A stretch of DNA of 41,798 nucleotides from positions 1 to 41,798 of the forward strand of contig JASJPP010000020.1 in NCBI GenBank assembly GCA_031432155.1, read 5' to 3'. Positions 26,525 to 37,155 of the stretch are shown here, piece after piece (the stretch's first letter is position 1; each line of letters starts with the position of its first letter). The notes below the pieces were generated by a model, which had not been told where the DNA came from, did no database searches, and saw only the letters and a program-made list of their open reading frames with translations. Made by a program: the position numbers and the translations under genes. This DNA is from Patescibacteria group bacterium (GTDB taxonomy: Bacteria > Patescibacteriota > Minisyncoccia > UBA6257 > UBA9933).

Positions 26525-27130
26525 ATGATTAGCGGATTTTACTCTAAAATTCCTTGGCGGATAAGGATATTGCTTGTTTTTCTGCTGATAATTCTGGTTT
26601 CTTATTTTGTAATTCGTTTTTTGGCGATTGAGCCCAAAAACGTGCCGGAAGAGTTTTTAAGAGCCAGACAAGAGGCTTCATCGATCGCCGACAGCATTGT
26701 TTCTCTTTCCGGCGAATCGGCGAAGAAAATAAGCGAAATCGCGGAATTGGACAAAAAACGCGAATACAGCGAAGCGTTAAATTTGATTGTTCAAGAACTG
26801 GAACGTAATCAGCAATCAAGGGGAAAAGCCGTTGAATTGTCCAAAAAATTGGAAACAATGGCGAAAAATCTTGCGGATATTTCTCCGGCTGAAGCCGGGC
26901 AAACGGCTTTGCAGGCCGTCAGTTCGGAAACGGCGTTGATCAGCCGTTTGATTACTTACAACGATTATCTTTATCAGCTTTTGGAGGTGTTGCGTGGAAA
27001 GTTTTTGGGGAAAAATGGCGGCGATAAAATCCAGGAATTGATCAATAAAATAAACGAAGAATCTTCGGCGATTAACGATCTGAATAAAAAATTCAATCAA
27101 ACAATGAAAGAATTTGACGGAGAATTTTAA
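26525..27130 (+). CDS. Membrane-anchored coiled-coil hypothetical protein
   Basis: N-terminal TM; helical heptad pattern. Confidence 0.8.
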   Translation: MISGFYSKIPWRIRILLVFLLIILVSYFVIRFLAIEPKNVPEEFLRARQEASSIADSIVSLSGESAKKISEIAELDKKREYSEALNLIVQELERNQQSRGKAVELSKKLETMAKNLADISPAEAGQTALQAVSSETALISRLITYNDYLYQLLEVLRGKFLGKNGGDKIQELINKINEESSAINDLNKKFNQTMKEFDGEF

Positions 27131-27156
27131 ACCCGCGACATTCTTTTGTTTTTTTG

Positions 27157-27227
27157 TCGGGACGCTGGGAGTCGAACCCAGCCCTCATGCTCCCAAAGCA
27201 TGTATACTGCCGATATACTACGTCCCG
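27157..27227 (-). tRNA. tRNA-Pro (TGG), CCA not encoded
   Basis: CGGGACG acceptor stem; anticodon arm CATGC-TTTGGGA-GCATG; GTTCGACTC T-loop. Confidence 0.95.
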
Positions 27228-27396
27228 GTAAATTTCCAATAGGGGAAAAGCGCATATGTAACACTATGCCTGGTTCAAACGTTAGCAAATTCTTTTTCAC
27301 CTGTCCACTTGCAACAAATAGGCGATCGCTTGCCGAATTTGAAAGTTAAGACTATGCCCCTTTCCGGTTTATTTAGGTGGAACTTATAATAAAAAC

Positions 27397-29547
27397 ATGA
27401 CTTATTTAAATCGCAATAATCAAAGCGGACAAGATAAGGTTTATGCGTGTCCGATGCATTCCGAAATTAAGCGGGACAGGCCCGGCATGTGCCCCGAGTG
27501 CGGCATGAACCTTGTTCCTGAAAAGAAAAAAAATCTCAAAAATCATGACGCCCGAGATAAGCACGCCGGCCACAGCGTCGTTATGCCTGCTCGTCGAAGC
27601 CGCGGCATAGGCGGGTTTTTCAGAAAATTTTGGATCAGTTTGATTCTTACTATACCGGTAGTTTTGTACGCCGACGTTGTCGAGAAAATTTTTAAATGGT
27701 CTCCACCGGAGTTTCCCGGATCGGAGTATTTACAGTTAGCGTTTGGCTCAATCGTGTTTTTCTACGGCGGATGGGTATTTCTTGCCGGAGCGCGGAGAGA
27801 AATTAAAGGCAGACTGCCGGGCATGATGACTTTGATTGGCATTGCTGTTTCCGCCGCATATTTTTGGAGCGTGTACGCGGTCTTTGCCGGCGCGGAAGCT
27901 CTGTTTTGGGAGCTTACGACATTGATTACAATCATGCTTCTCGGTCATTGGCTTGAAATGCGCGCGGTCTCCGGAGCGCAAGGCGCGCTTAAAGAACTGT
28001 CAAAGCTTCTTCCCGACACAGCAGAAATCATTCGTGACGGCAAGACGGAGATTATTCCTTTGTCCGAACTTCGGGAGAATGATATCGCGCTCGTCAAACC
28101 GGGTACGAAAATTCCGGCTGACGGCACGATCGTTGACGGCGACTCAGACGTGGATGAGTCCATGGTCACCGGTGAATCAAAGCCGGTTTCCAAAAAGCAA
28201 GGCAACGCAGTCATCGCCGGAACAATCAACGGCGACGGCGCCCTGAAAATCAGAGTCGCGAACATCGGGGAAAAGACGTTCCTGGCCGGCGTTATGCGCC
28301 TCGTGGCCGAAGCGCAGGCGTCAAAATCCCGTCTTCAAACGCTTTCCGACAGAGCCGCTTTTTACCTGACCGTAATCGCCGTTGCGGGAGGCCTCGTCAC
28401 GTTGACCGCCTGGCTTGCGGCCGGCGCGGAAATCGGCTTTGCGGTCGCCCGTCTGGTGGCGGTGCTGGTAATCGCGTGTCCGCACGCCTTGGGACTCGCC
28501 GTGCCTCTTGTCGCGTCAATCTCCACGACCAAAGCGGCGCAAAATGGATTTTTAGTAAAACAGCGTCTTGCGCTTGAGGCCGCCCGAACCATAGACGCCG
28601 TGCTTTTTGATAAAACAGGAACGCTCACAAACGGAGAATTCGGAGTGGTGGAGATTTGGGGCGTCGGCCGTTACTCCAAAGACGAGATTATAGAATTGGC
28701 CGCCTCGCTTGACGCATTATCCGCGCATCCGATCGCGAAAGCGGTTGTTGCCGAAGCAAAGAAACGGGAAATCCCGCTTAAAGAAGTAAAAAAGTTTGAG
28801 ACATTGAAAGGCAAAGGGGTGAGAGCGTTTATTGACGAAGGAGAAGTTATGGCGGGCGGACCGGCGTTGCTTAAAAGTATGAACGTCGGTATTCCCGGCG
28901 AACTCTCGGAACGCGCCCGAGACGCGGGTAAAAAAGGACAAACCGTCGTTTTTGTGATTAAAGACCGGACGCTTTTGGGCGCGCTTGCTCTTGCCGATGT
29001 TATCCGCGAAGAATCCCGCGAAGCGATTAAAACGCTTAAAGCTATGGGAGTTCGCGTCTCAATGATTACCGGTGATTCCGAAGATGTTGCAAAATGGGTT
29101 GCCTCTGAGCTTGGCATCGATGAATATTTTGCCCGGGTGCTTCCTCATCAGAAATCTGAAAAAGTGAAGGCATTACAAAGTCGGGGCTTAAAGGTTGCAA
29201 TGGTCGGCGACGGCATAAATGACGCCCCTGCCCTGACGCAAGCCGATCTGGGCATCGCCATCGGAGCCGGCACGAATGTCGCGATTGAATCCGCGGGAAT
29301 CATTTTGGTAAAAAACGATCCTCGGGATATCGCGAAGATAATCAGACTGTCCCGAATGACGTATTCAAAGATGATCCAGAATCTTTTCTGGGCTACCGGA
29401 TACAATATTATTGCGCTGCCTCTCGCCGCCGGCGCGCTCGCATTCAAAGGAATTATTCTTGGCCCGGCCATAGCCGCCGTGTTCATGTCAACGAGTACGA
29501 TTATTGTCGCCATAAACGCCATGCTTCTGCGAAGACGCAAAATTTAA
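27397..29547 (+). CDS. copB: Copper-translocating P1B-type ATPase (CPH/CopB type) with N-terminal heavy-metal-binding domain
   Basis: YACPMH..CPECGM, TGES, CPHALGLA, DKTGT, GDGINDAP, YN and MS.S motifs. Confidence 0.92.
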   Translation: MTYLNRNNQSGQDKVYACPMHSEIKRDRPGMCPECGMNLVPEKKKNLKNHDARDKHAGHSVVMPARRSRGIGGFFRKFWISLILTIPVVLYADVVEKIFKWSPPEFPGSEYLQLAFGSIVFFYGGWVFLAGARREIKGRLPGMMTLIGIAVSAAYFWSVYAVFAGAEALFWELTTLITIMLLGHWLEMRAVSGAQGALKELSKLLPDTAEIIRDGKTEIIPLSELRENDIALVKPGTKIPADGTIVDGDSDVDESMVTGESKPVSKKQGNAVIAGTINGDGALKIRVANIGEKTFLAGVMRLVAEAQASKSRLQTLSDRAAFYLTVIAVAGGLVTLTAWLAAGAEIGFAVARLVAVLVIACPHALGLAVPLVASISTTKAAQNGFLVKQRLALEAARTIDAVLFDKTGTLTNGEFGVVEIWGVGRYSKDEIIELAASLDALSAHPIAKAVVAEAKKREIPLKEVKKFETLKGKGVRAFIDEGEVMAGGPALLKSMNVGIPGELSERARDAGKKGQTVVFVIKDRTLLGALALADVIREESREAIKTLKAMGVRVSMITGDSEDVAKWVASELGIDEYFARVLPHQKSEKVKALQSRGLKVAMVGDGINDAPALTQADLGIAIGAGTNVAIESAGIILVKNDPRDIAKIIRLSRMTYSKMIQNLFWATGYNIIALPLAAGALAFKGIILGPAIAAVFMSTSTIIVAINAMLLRRRKI

Positions 29548-29701
29548 ATGGCGGTGTTTTTTGGACAAATTTCAAATGTATTTTGGACAAAATCCGCAGG
29601 ATTTTGACGAATGACACTTGCGCCTCGGCCGCGCTCGACAAGCTCGCGCGGGGCAACGCCCAGTGCGCGCAATAAGCCCGTCCGCTAACGCGGGCGGCTC
29701 C

Positions 29702-30637
29702 CTAGACCTTAACAGCTTTATACGATGAAAAAAAAGACAAAGTCGAAAAATATTTTATCAACTTCTTTAACAAATATGGCAGGACAGTTTCAATAATCCA
29801 AAACGAAACTATGACATACAAGACGATGAGAAAATTGTTATTGAAAAAGTTTTCGAGCTTACTTGTATCAATGCCAAGATATTTTATCGTAAACCAAAGA
29901 AGCAGATGCAGGGAAGAATAAAATACTATTGGCCACTGTGGTACTTTGTTGCCAAAAAAATCAATTTGCTTTGCTTGTTTATCTTCCTCCTTAACCTTAG
30001 CAGAATCTTTGTTTCTGCCCACGCGTCCTTCCATTCTTGAGCTAATAATTTGTCCGTTCAAGTTTTCCTCCTGAAATAAAAACTCGTAGGTATATTTATC
30101 GCCGGAAATGAGCAGAAGCAAATAATGTCCAAAATACGAAACAATTTTGGGTATCCACGGCAACCAGATTCTCCAAAATCTGAGTTTCGCTCTCAAAAAT
30201 AAACCTCTTATTGGTCGCGTTGTTTTTATGTGTTTTCCATACACCTCAAGCAATGCTTCATTCCCAGTAATTTCCTTATTTCCTTTATAGATTTTCTCCG
30301 TGACGGTATCATAGAAAAACTCGTCGCGAAACTCTAAATCAAGTGGTTCGTGGAAATTTTGTCCCGTCCGCATTCTTATGCCTTCAAGTACTTCTTCTCC
30401 GTATGTGGCTTTGATATAAAATGCTTTTCTCGTCGAGCTTTTGTCATCAAGTATTTTATTTGAAATGTAGAATCCAATTTCCGACACATTCTTAGTGTCC
30501 TGAGGATTTAATTTTTTCTTACAACCAAAACCTAATCGGGTATCGATATAGGGTGTAACGCTATAAAAACCATATTTTTCAAAATCAAATTTGGCTCTCA
30601 GTCTTTTGTTTTCCTCACTTTCGATATGTTCAGTCAT
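29702..30637 (-). CDS. Hypothetical membrane protein (311 aa), last gene of the RM operon
   Basis: C-terminal TM segments; 1-bp spacing after res. Confidence 0.75.
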   Translation of the reverse strand: MTEHIESEENKRLRAKFDFEKYGFYSVTPYIDTRLGFGCKKKLNPQDTKNVSEIGFYISNKILDDKSSTRKAFYIKATYGEEVLEGIRMRTGQNFHEPLDLEFRDEFFYDTVTEKIYKGNKEITGNEALLEVYGKHIKTTRPIRGLFLRAKLRFWRIWLPWIPKIVSYFGHYLLLLISGDKYTYEFLFQEENLNGQIISSRMEGRVGRNKDSAKVKEEDKQAKQIDFFGNKVPQWPIVFYSSLHLLLWFTIKYLGIDTSKLENFFNNNFLIVLYVIVSFWIIETVLPYLLKKLIKYFSTLSFFSSYKAVKV

Positions 30638-30638
30638 A

Positions 30639-32927
30639 TTATTTCAAATCTAGAACATCCCAACCCTTAAGCGATGAATCGTGCGAATACTTGGCATTGC
30701 GATTGATTTTCCAGCCGTTTGGCCCGTCTTGAACGGCAATGCCGCCGCCAAAACCTTTCCTGCCCTTGAGCCATGCTTGTAGAGCTTCTGCTTTGTATTT
30801 TGTGTCGTTGCTTTCGGCAGTAATTCCGGCTTTTGTATCAACAATCAAAACACCGTTTTTCGTCTTCACGATCCAGTCGGGGTAAAACAGTTTTTCTTTG
30901 TTCTCGTCGGGATTGTAAAAGGAAATTGAAAAATGTTCGCTTCCGGTGTCGCCGTTTTTATGCCACCAAATGACACTTTTATTCTTGGGAGATTCGAGGA
31001 AGTCAATAAATTTTCTTTCATTGTTTGTACCTCCGAATAGTCCAGCGGGGATTTTTTCAAACCAAAACGGCTTCATTGCTGACTTCTTAACATTCAGCTC
31101 CTCATATTGGTCGGTAAAGAATAACGCTTCGCGTGGTATTTCGATATGCTCCACGCGCTTCGCGCGTGCCGCCTTTTTGTTCACTTCCTGCTCACGAATA
31201 GGACGATATGCCAAGAGCGCGTCGCCTATGATAGGCGCAAGCGCGCCTGCTTCGCTTACCAAATCATTCACGATAATTTTGTAAGCGTCGGCACGGGAAA
31301 TTTTGAGTTCCTCCACGAGATAAATGTTCAGAGCCGTCTTGAGCTTGCCCCATGAACGCTCCGGCGCGAATTTGCGGTTTTCGTCGGTTTGCTTGGCGAC
31401 AATTTTGAAGCACAGTAAGTTATACAGACGCTCAAGGTCGTGGCGGGACATTTCCTCGTCATAACTTCCGCCCTCCTCAAACAGCTCTTTGGTGAAATTG
31501 TCGTAATCGTCAATTTCCACGCCGACAATCAGGCCGTTCGTTACTTTCGGCTTTAGGTTGAGTTTCTTAGTGTCCAGTTTTTTGTCCGCTACTTGCTTAA
31601 ATGTCATTTGGAAAGAATCGCCCAAGTCGTTATAGTCCGCGCGCGTCATAAAGACGGATTCCAGCTTGATCGGCTCAACATTCTTTTTGCGATAACTGCC
31701 ATTGATCGCGGGACGATTTTCAGTCTTGGACTTCTCATACTCTGCCAAAACCTCATTTCGTTTGTAGTTAGTGTAGAGATAACCAAGATTAAGTTCGGGA
31801 TGAGCAAAGTGTATTCCGAACGGCATACGCAAAATGCGGCCGACTGTTTGTATCGCAAAAGTTGGATTCTTTATTTCGCGGAACATCACCAAAACGCCTG
31901 CGCGCGGACAATCCCAGCCAGTTGCGGCGGCTTGCTTGAACAAGAGAAATGAAACTGGAGAATTGCTCTTTTCCAAGTCCTCAAGATTTTCCTTTTCTTT
32001 GGAGAGCCAAACGGCGATCTCGTCGATTTTTATGCCTTTGTGTTTTAGATACTCAAGCACAATCGTTTGTTTGTTCGTATCACCAGTTTCCTTTGTCGCT
32101 TGGTCGTCGTTCGGGAGCTGAATCAAAACAAGCGGATTGACTTCAACGCCGAGCTTTTTGTACAGCTTAATCAACTCAAGCCGCTTGTTGTAGGCAAGCT
32201 CTAAAAGCATTTCGTCTTGGTCAAGTTTCTTGACGGCTTTCTGCTCCAAATCTTCCTCTGTTTGGAAAACGATTTTTTCTTTGATCAGCCCTGCCTCAAC
32301 GACATCGCTTCGCTTGACCTCAACATATCCGGCGGTGTCGGCGCGGGTAGGGATGTATTTCGGCGTTGCTGACACGCGGAGCGTGATCTTCGGCTTGATA
32401 AGCCCTTCCACCACTTCCAGCGCAAGGTCGGTGTCGCTTCCGATGTGTTCCTCGTCAATAATTACGACAATTTTGCGTCCTGCTTCGTGCGTTTCGTTGA
32501 TGAAATTATCAAAAGTCAAACCCTGCTCGTTTTCGCGGCGCAATTTTCGGCTTTCTTTACTTCGTCCTTTAATTTTCTGCCAGTTTATAAAAAAGACATC
32601 GTTTTGGCGGAGCTTCTCGCGGGACAGGTCATTTAGATCAATCAAATCAAGCTCGCTTGCTCCGCCGTAATAATCAAAAAGTTTTTTCTTGCTTTGCTCG
32701 TATGAATCCTCGCTGAATGAGAACCATATAAACGCCACATCATTGCCCGTAAAGCGCGGGTCGCTCACTATGTCGCGCAAAAATTGCGCCAGCATTATCG
32801 TCTTACCGCTTCCGGTAGGCGACTTGAAAACGAGCGGGACATTTTGATTTGGCAATTTCCACAAGCTCAAAAATTCGTCTTTGAGCTGTGATATTGCCGT
32901 TTCTTGAAATGGTTTTAGCGCAAACAT
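30639..32927 (-). CDS. res: Type III restriction endonuclease Res subunit
   Basis: SPTGSGKT, IIDEEH, GWDCPRA, QTVGRILR helicase motifs; FYPDWIV...IVDTK PD-(D/E)xK nuclease. Confidence 0.88.
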   Translation of the reverse strand: MFALKPFQETAISQLKDEFLSLWKLPNQNVPLVFKSPTGSGKTIMLAQFLRDIVSDPRFTGNDVAFIWFSFSEDSYEQSKKKLFDYYGGASELDLIDLNDLSREKLRQNDVFFINWQKIKGRSKESRKLRRENEQGLTFDNFINETHEAGRKIVVIIDEEHIGSDTDLALEVVEGLIKPKITLRVSATPKYIPTRADTAGYVEVKRSDVVEAGLIKEKIVFQTEEDLEQKAVKKLDQDEMLLELAYNKRLELIKLYKKLGVEVNPLVLIQLPNDDQATKETGDTNKQTIVLEYLKHKGIKIDEIAVWLSKEKENLEDLEKSNSPVSFLLFKQAAATGWDCPRAGVLVMFREIKNPTFAIQTVGRILRMPFGIHFAHPELNLGYLYTNYKRNEVLAEYEKSKTENRPAINGSYRKKNVEPIKLESVFMTRADYNDLGDSFQMTFKQVADKKLDTKKLNLKPKVTNGLIVGVEIDDYDNFTKELFEEGGSYDEEMSRHDLERLYNLLCFKIVAKQTDENRKFAPERSWGKLKTALNIYLVEELKISRADAYKIIVNDLVSEAGALAPIIGDALLAYRPIREQEVNKKAARAKRVEHIEIPREALFFTDQYEELNVKKSAMKPFWFEKIPAGLFGGTNNERKFIDFLESPKNKSVIWWHKNGDTGSEHFSISFYNPDENKEKLFYPDWIVKTKNGVLIVDTKAGITAESNDTKYKAEALQAWLKGRKGFGGGIAVQDGPNGWKINRNAKYSHDSSLKGWDVLDLK

Positions 32928-32929
32928 AG

Positions 32930-34610
32930 TTATATCCTGTTGAGCTCTTTATAAACTTCGATAATCGGCTCTGGAATATCCTCGACCCTGATATTCGCAC
33001 TGGAATACTCGCCTTTATATTCGTTCTTGCCCCAACTGAAAATATACAAAGCCGTCGGCAGATTTTTCTTTTCCAGTTTGGCAATCAACTCTGCTAATTT
33101 CGCCTTATCTTCTTTGAAGTAAATCGCCACGAGCTTGCCTTTCCCCTCAAAAATCTGCCACCAGTCATTTTTCTCAACTTCATTGAGCGCGTCCTCGCGG
33201 ACGGCAATCATTTCCCCAGCTTGGTAAGTAATGCGGATTTTCGCCTCGTCCGGCACTTTATGGATTTGCTCAATGTCTACGAGATCGGTTTGGTAGTGGA
33301 AAAGATTGCTCGGAATACCAGCGACCTTTTCGCTCTTTTTATTCTTGTATCCGTTAATGACGGCCTTTATTCGCGGATAGCAAACCGATTCGGCAATCCC
33401 GCCGTTTCCGCCATTGTTGTTTTCGTTGTTTGTGCAGAGAATAAACTTGCGATTGCCGCCGTCAATTTTGTTCATTTCCAAAACGGCGTGTCCGGTTGTA
33501 CCAGACCCAGCGAAAAAGTCCAAAACATTTGCGTGTGGACGCTCGCCAACAACAGCAAACAAACAGTCGTAAACTGTATGGAGTGATTTTGGATAATCAA
33601 AATCGGAGCTAGGAACAATCTCGCGTAAAAGTTTTGCCCCATATTCATTAGCGTCGTATTTTTTATCAACCCAAACCGTCCGATACTTTCCAAAATCCTT
33701 ACCGATTTGAATTTCTTTGCCACTTCTACCGTCCGTTACACGCAAGAGGTGTTTTATTTTTTCCACGCTTTGGCGAGCGTAACGCCATTTTCTCTCAATA
33801 CCCTCATTATCTATCGGATAAATGTAAATTCCGTCTTTTTTGTTTTCTTCTCTATCTGGGTGAATATCGTTCGGCACAACATTACCAAATCCGATAACTT
33901 CTCCATCTTTGATTATTATTGGATAAAAACAATTGCGAGCGTCAGTTCGCAATGACTCGCCGCCATTATCTCGCAATCCTCTCCAGCTAACATCGTCCCC
34001 ATCAATAACCCTGTCGCCGATTGTTTTTAGATTTTTTGGTATAACAAAAACTGCATATTCGTGAGTATAAGAAAAGTTCGTGCCCTGTACTCCACGAGGA
34101 TTATGGACAATCGTAATCGTATGTTGCTCGTGTGCTGGAAATAATTGCTCAATCAAAACTCCCAAATGTGCCTGTTCGTTATCATCAATCGCACAAATTA
34201 GAACACCGTCGTCTTTCAAAAGATTTTTCGCCAAATTTAGGCGGTGGCGCATAAACGAGAGCCACTTGCTGTGGCGGTATTCGTCGTCTTTGTCTACATA
34301 GTCATTGTTATATTTCCAGTGTATTGTACGGCGGATCAATGTAGATGAGATCAATGTTCTTTTTGTGGGTGTAGTTGAGAACCGAAAGCGCGAGATAGTT
34401 ATCGCCCTCAATCATTAGGTTGTTCGGATACGCCCCGTCCAGATCAAGGCGGTTTTTGATGACCTCTTTCAGAACGGGTACTTGAGTTTTTGATTGTTCA
34501 ACGACATCCTCCGCTTTGTCCTCAAAAACCAGCCCAAGATTGTTTTTCTTGAGTTTCCTGATTTGAGCTTCCAACTCTGCCATTTTCTTTTGTAAATTAT
34601 TGTTCGCCAT
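32930..34610 (-). pseudogene. mod: Type III Mod N6-adenine methyltransferase, frameshifted near 34320
   Basis: IEGDN...IYIDPPYNT in one frame; WKYNNDYVD..D.YRHSKWLSFM, FDYPKS, LDFFAGSGTT continue in another. Confidence 0.88.
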
Positions 34611-34612
34611 AA

Positions 34613-34795
34613 TTATTTTGTGCTTGTGTTCTTTAGAAAACGCTCGAACTCACCTTTTGCAATACGAAATTCCTTGCCAATTTTATGAGCCTTCAGCTTC
34701 CCGGCTTTTATGTACCGATATATGGTCATGACATTCAGGCTCAACTTTTCAGCGAGTTCATACGCCGAGTAAAAATCCCTCTCGTTTTCTTGCAT
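34613..34795 (-). CDS. Excisionase-type HTH (HTH_17) DNA-binding protein
   Basis: YSAYELAEKLSLNVMTIYRYIKAGKLKAHKIGKEFRI. Confidence 0.88.
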   Translation of the reverse strand: MQENERDFYSAYELAEKLSLNVMTIYRYIKAGKLKAHKIGKEFRIAKGEFERFLKNTSTK

Positions 34796-34801
34796 ATAGC
34801 T

Positions 34802-34830
34802 ATAATACTTTACTTTTCTTTACAAATCAA
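34802..34830 (-). promoter_or_regulatory. Sigma70-type promoter of the HTH-mod-res operon, probably leaderless
   Basis: TTGATT-N17-TATTAT, 6 nt before the ATG. Confidence 0.55.
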
Positions 34831-34975
34831 CAAAATGCCTGGTTTCATCCTAATTTAATAGGTTATCCACAATAATTTGTTGAAAGTTTGCAAAATATTC
34901 TATACTATGATAGCATGTCTTTAAAGTCGAATTATAGGCATATATATAAACCAATAATAGCAAGTAAAAACCATT

Positions 34976-36187
34976 ATGATTCACTCCTTTTCTTGCAAGA
35001 ATTTTTACTCATTTGGAGAGCTGGGATTTCTTAATTTTGTCGTGAACGAAAATGCTCCCCAAAATAATGGGTATTTTAAGACAGGCTCCGGTGTTCGCCT
35101 GTCTAAAGTCGAAACCGTCATTGGTCCTAATGCATCAGGAAAAACCAATCTACTTAAGGTACTGCCGTTTCTGAAATGGATGATAGTTGATTCATTCAAT
35201 TCAAAACCGGAGGATCTAGTAGTTGTACAGCCATTTGCTTTTGGCGACGCAAAAAAAGAGCCGACCGAATTGTCGGTGGTGTTTGAAATGGACGGAAAGA
35301 TTTATACCTATAGTTTTACGATCGTGCAGGAACGAATTTTGTCTGAAAAGCTAGAACGCACAACCCTTGTTAAAAAGAAGAAAGGTACTCAAAAAGTATT
35401 CTCGCGCAAATGGAATTTCGATCAAAACCGATACGACTTTGAAGGAGAAAACTTTGAACTACCTAAGGGGTTTGAAAATCTATTACGCTCTAATGCGAGC
35501 GTCGTAGGTTCAGCTGCGCGATTAAATCATCAGGAAAGCCAGAACATTACAAAATATTGGCAAAAAATTGAAACGAATGTCGTCGAAGCTGGATGGACTG
35601 GAGATAATCTTTTACCAATTAAAACCCCTCAATGGTTTGAAGCTCTGATCTTCTATAGCAAAAACAAGGAACTCAAAGAAGAGGCGGAGAAATTATTGTC
35701 TCGTTTTGATTTGGGCTTAAACGGAATTACTTTCAAGGAACAGAAAGACAAAGATGGCCTGACAATAAAAGATGTCCAAGCCAAGCATTTGTTCAATGGC
35801 AAGGAACATTCCCTTTCGGTGATCTACGAATCGTCCGGCACAAAACAACTCTTTGTGCTTCTAAAAAGCATCTTAGCGGCATTGGCAGGAGGAGGCATTG
35901 CCGTTATTGATGAATTCGATGTAAATCTACACCCGGAAATGGTGATAGCTCTTTTTGATTTGTTCATACACCCGGAAACCAACCCCAATAATGCCCAATT
36001 ACTTTTGAGCACTCATAGCCACTTGCTCTTAAGTAAGCTCGACAAATATCAAATTGTATTAGTGGAGAAAAACGAATCCGGAATGAGCGAAGGATGGCGA
36101 TTGGATGAAGTATCAGGCGTTCGTTCTGACGACAATTACTTTACCAAATATATTGCCGGGGCTTATGGCGCTGTTCCCAAAATCTAA
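34976..36187 (+). CDS. AAA_21 family ABC-type ATPase (RloA/AbiLi-like)
   Basis: KNFYSF, GPNASGKTN, ESSGT, IDEFDVNLHP, QLLLSTHS, Y..G.YGAVP. Confidence 0.88.
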   Translation: MIHSFSCKNFYSFGELGFLNFVVNENAPQNNGYFKTGSGVRLSKVETVIGPNASGKTNLLKVLPFLKWMIVDSFNSKPEDLVVVQPFAFGDAKKEPTELSVVFEMDGKIYTYSFTIVQERILSEKLERTTLVKKKKGTQKVFSRKWNFDQNRYDFEGENFELPKGFENLLRSNASVVGSAARLNHQESQNITKYWQKIETNVVEAGWTGDNLLPIKTPQWFEALIFYSKNKELKEEAEKLLSRFDLGLNGITFKEQKDKDGLTIKDVQAKHLFNGKEHSLSVIYESSGTKQLFVLLKSILAALAGGGIAVIDEFDVNLHPEMVIALFDLFIHPETNPNNAQLLLSTHSHLLLSKLDKYQIVLVEKNESGMSEGWRLDEVSGVRSDDNYFTKYIAGAYGAVPKI

Positions 36188-36202
36188 TCTCTCCCATGAA
36201 CT

Positions 36203-36739
36203 ATGTCACGAACGAATCCTTGTAAGAAAAAACGTCGATCTGCCAATAAAACACTTCTTATGTTTGGTGAAGGGCTCGGCGAGGAACTCTTCCTAAAACA
36301 TCTTCGTGGATTATATTCCCATGATAGCGGTGTGGCGGTGACTATACGAAACGGCAAAGGAGGAACTGCGACCGATATCGTCTCTAATGCTAACCGAGAG
36401 CCTGGAGATTTTGATCGCAGGATCGTTATTTTAGACAACGACAAAGACAAACAAGAAATGCAAAGAGCTCGAACTGAAGCAGGCCAGAAGGGTATAGAGC
36501 TTATAGAAAACTCTCCATGCCTCGAGGCTGTGTTATTAGCAATCTTGCGAGACGGAACTTCCTTTGCTAACAAAGCCTCTGCTTGGTGTAAAGATGAATT
36601 TGAATCTCATTATCTCGATAAACGTAAAAGGACAGAGATTATGGAATATGAAAAAACTTTCCCTAAATCGCTATTGGATCAGCGTCGGAAAAACGTCTCG
36701 GAGCTGAACCAATTAATTAGTCTGATGGAAGGAAAATAA
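36203..36739 (+). CDS. RloB-like (AbiLii-like) TOPRIM protein
   Basis: LMFGEG..EE, ILDND, NSPCLE motifs; directly follows the AAA_21 ATPase. Confidence 0.75.
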   Translation: MSRTNPCKKKRRSANKTLLMFGEGLGEELFLKHLRGLYSHDSGVAVTIRNGKGGTATDIVSNANREPGDFDRRIVILDNDKDKQEMQRARTEAGQKGIELIENSPCLEAVLLAILRDGTSFANKASAWCKDEFESHYLDKRKRTEIMEYEKTFPKSLLDQRRKNVSELNQLISLMEGK

Positions 36740-36773
36740 AAGGTCGATATTATTAATCAAGGGAATAAATACC

Positions 36774-36977
36774 ATGCCTAGATACATACGCAACGCAAAT
36801 AAGCACTGGACTCCAACCGAGGAACACAAGTTGACGCAACTGGCTCGTCAGAATACGCCAACGCGCGTAATCGGCCTTAAGCTTGGTCGACCAGTTGGAG
36901 GAGTGCAGTCAAAGGCAAGCGAGCTTAATGTGAGCTTACGACCATACAACCGTTCGCCCTACAATCGCAAAAAGTAA
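36774..36977 (+). CDS. Small basic protein with Myb/GcrA-like HTH
   Basis: WTPTEE..L..LA..NTPTRVIGLKLGR....V..KA. Confidence 0.7.
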   Translation: MPRYIRNANKHWTPTEEHKLTQLARQNTPTRVIGLKLGRPVGGVQSKASELNVSLRPYNRSPYNRKK

Positions 36978-36992
36978 GATTAACTTTGTTCA

Positions 36993-37020
36993 CAAAAAAG
37001 CCCCGCAGAGGGCTTTTTTG
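36993..37020 (+). terminator. Intrinsic (bidirectional) terminator
   Basis: CAAAAAAGCCC-CGCAGA-GGGCTTTTTTG. Confidence 0.8.
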
Positions 37021-37155
37021 CGTAATTAGTATGGGCGCCAGCCTCCTCAAAATTATTACCAAATATATGCCAACGAATATTTAGCTCTGGCGAAAAATCA
37101 CCAATGGCGCAATTCTGTTTTAGAAACTCTTCTTACTTCGGTTCAAACTTGGACA

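Noticed and set aside
34300-34340. Phase-variable (SSR) or programmed frameshift in mod
   Set aside because: No homopolymer, tandem repeat or slippery heptamer at the break, and residues appear to be missing.
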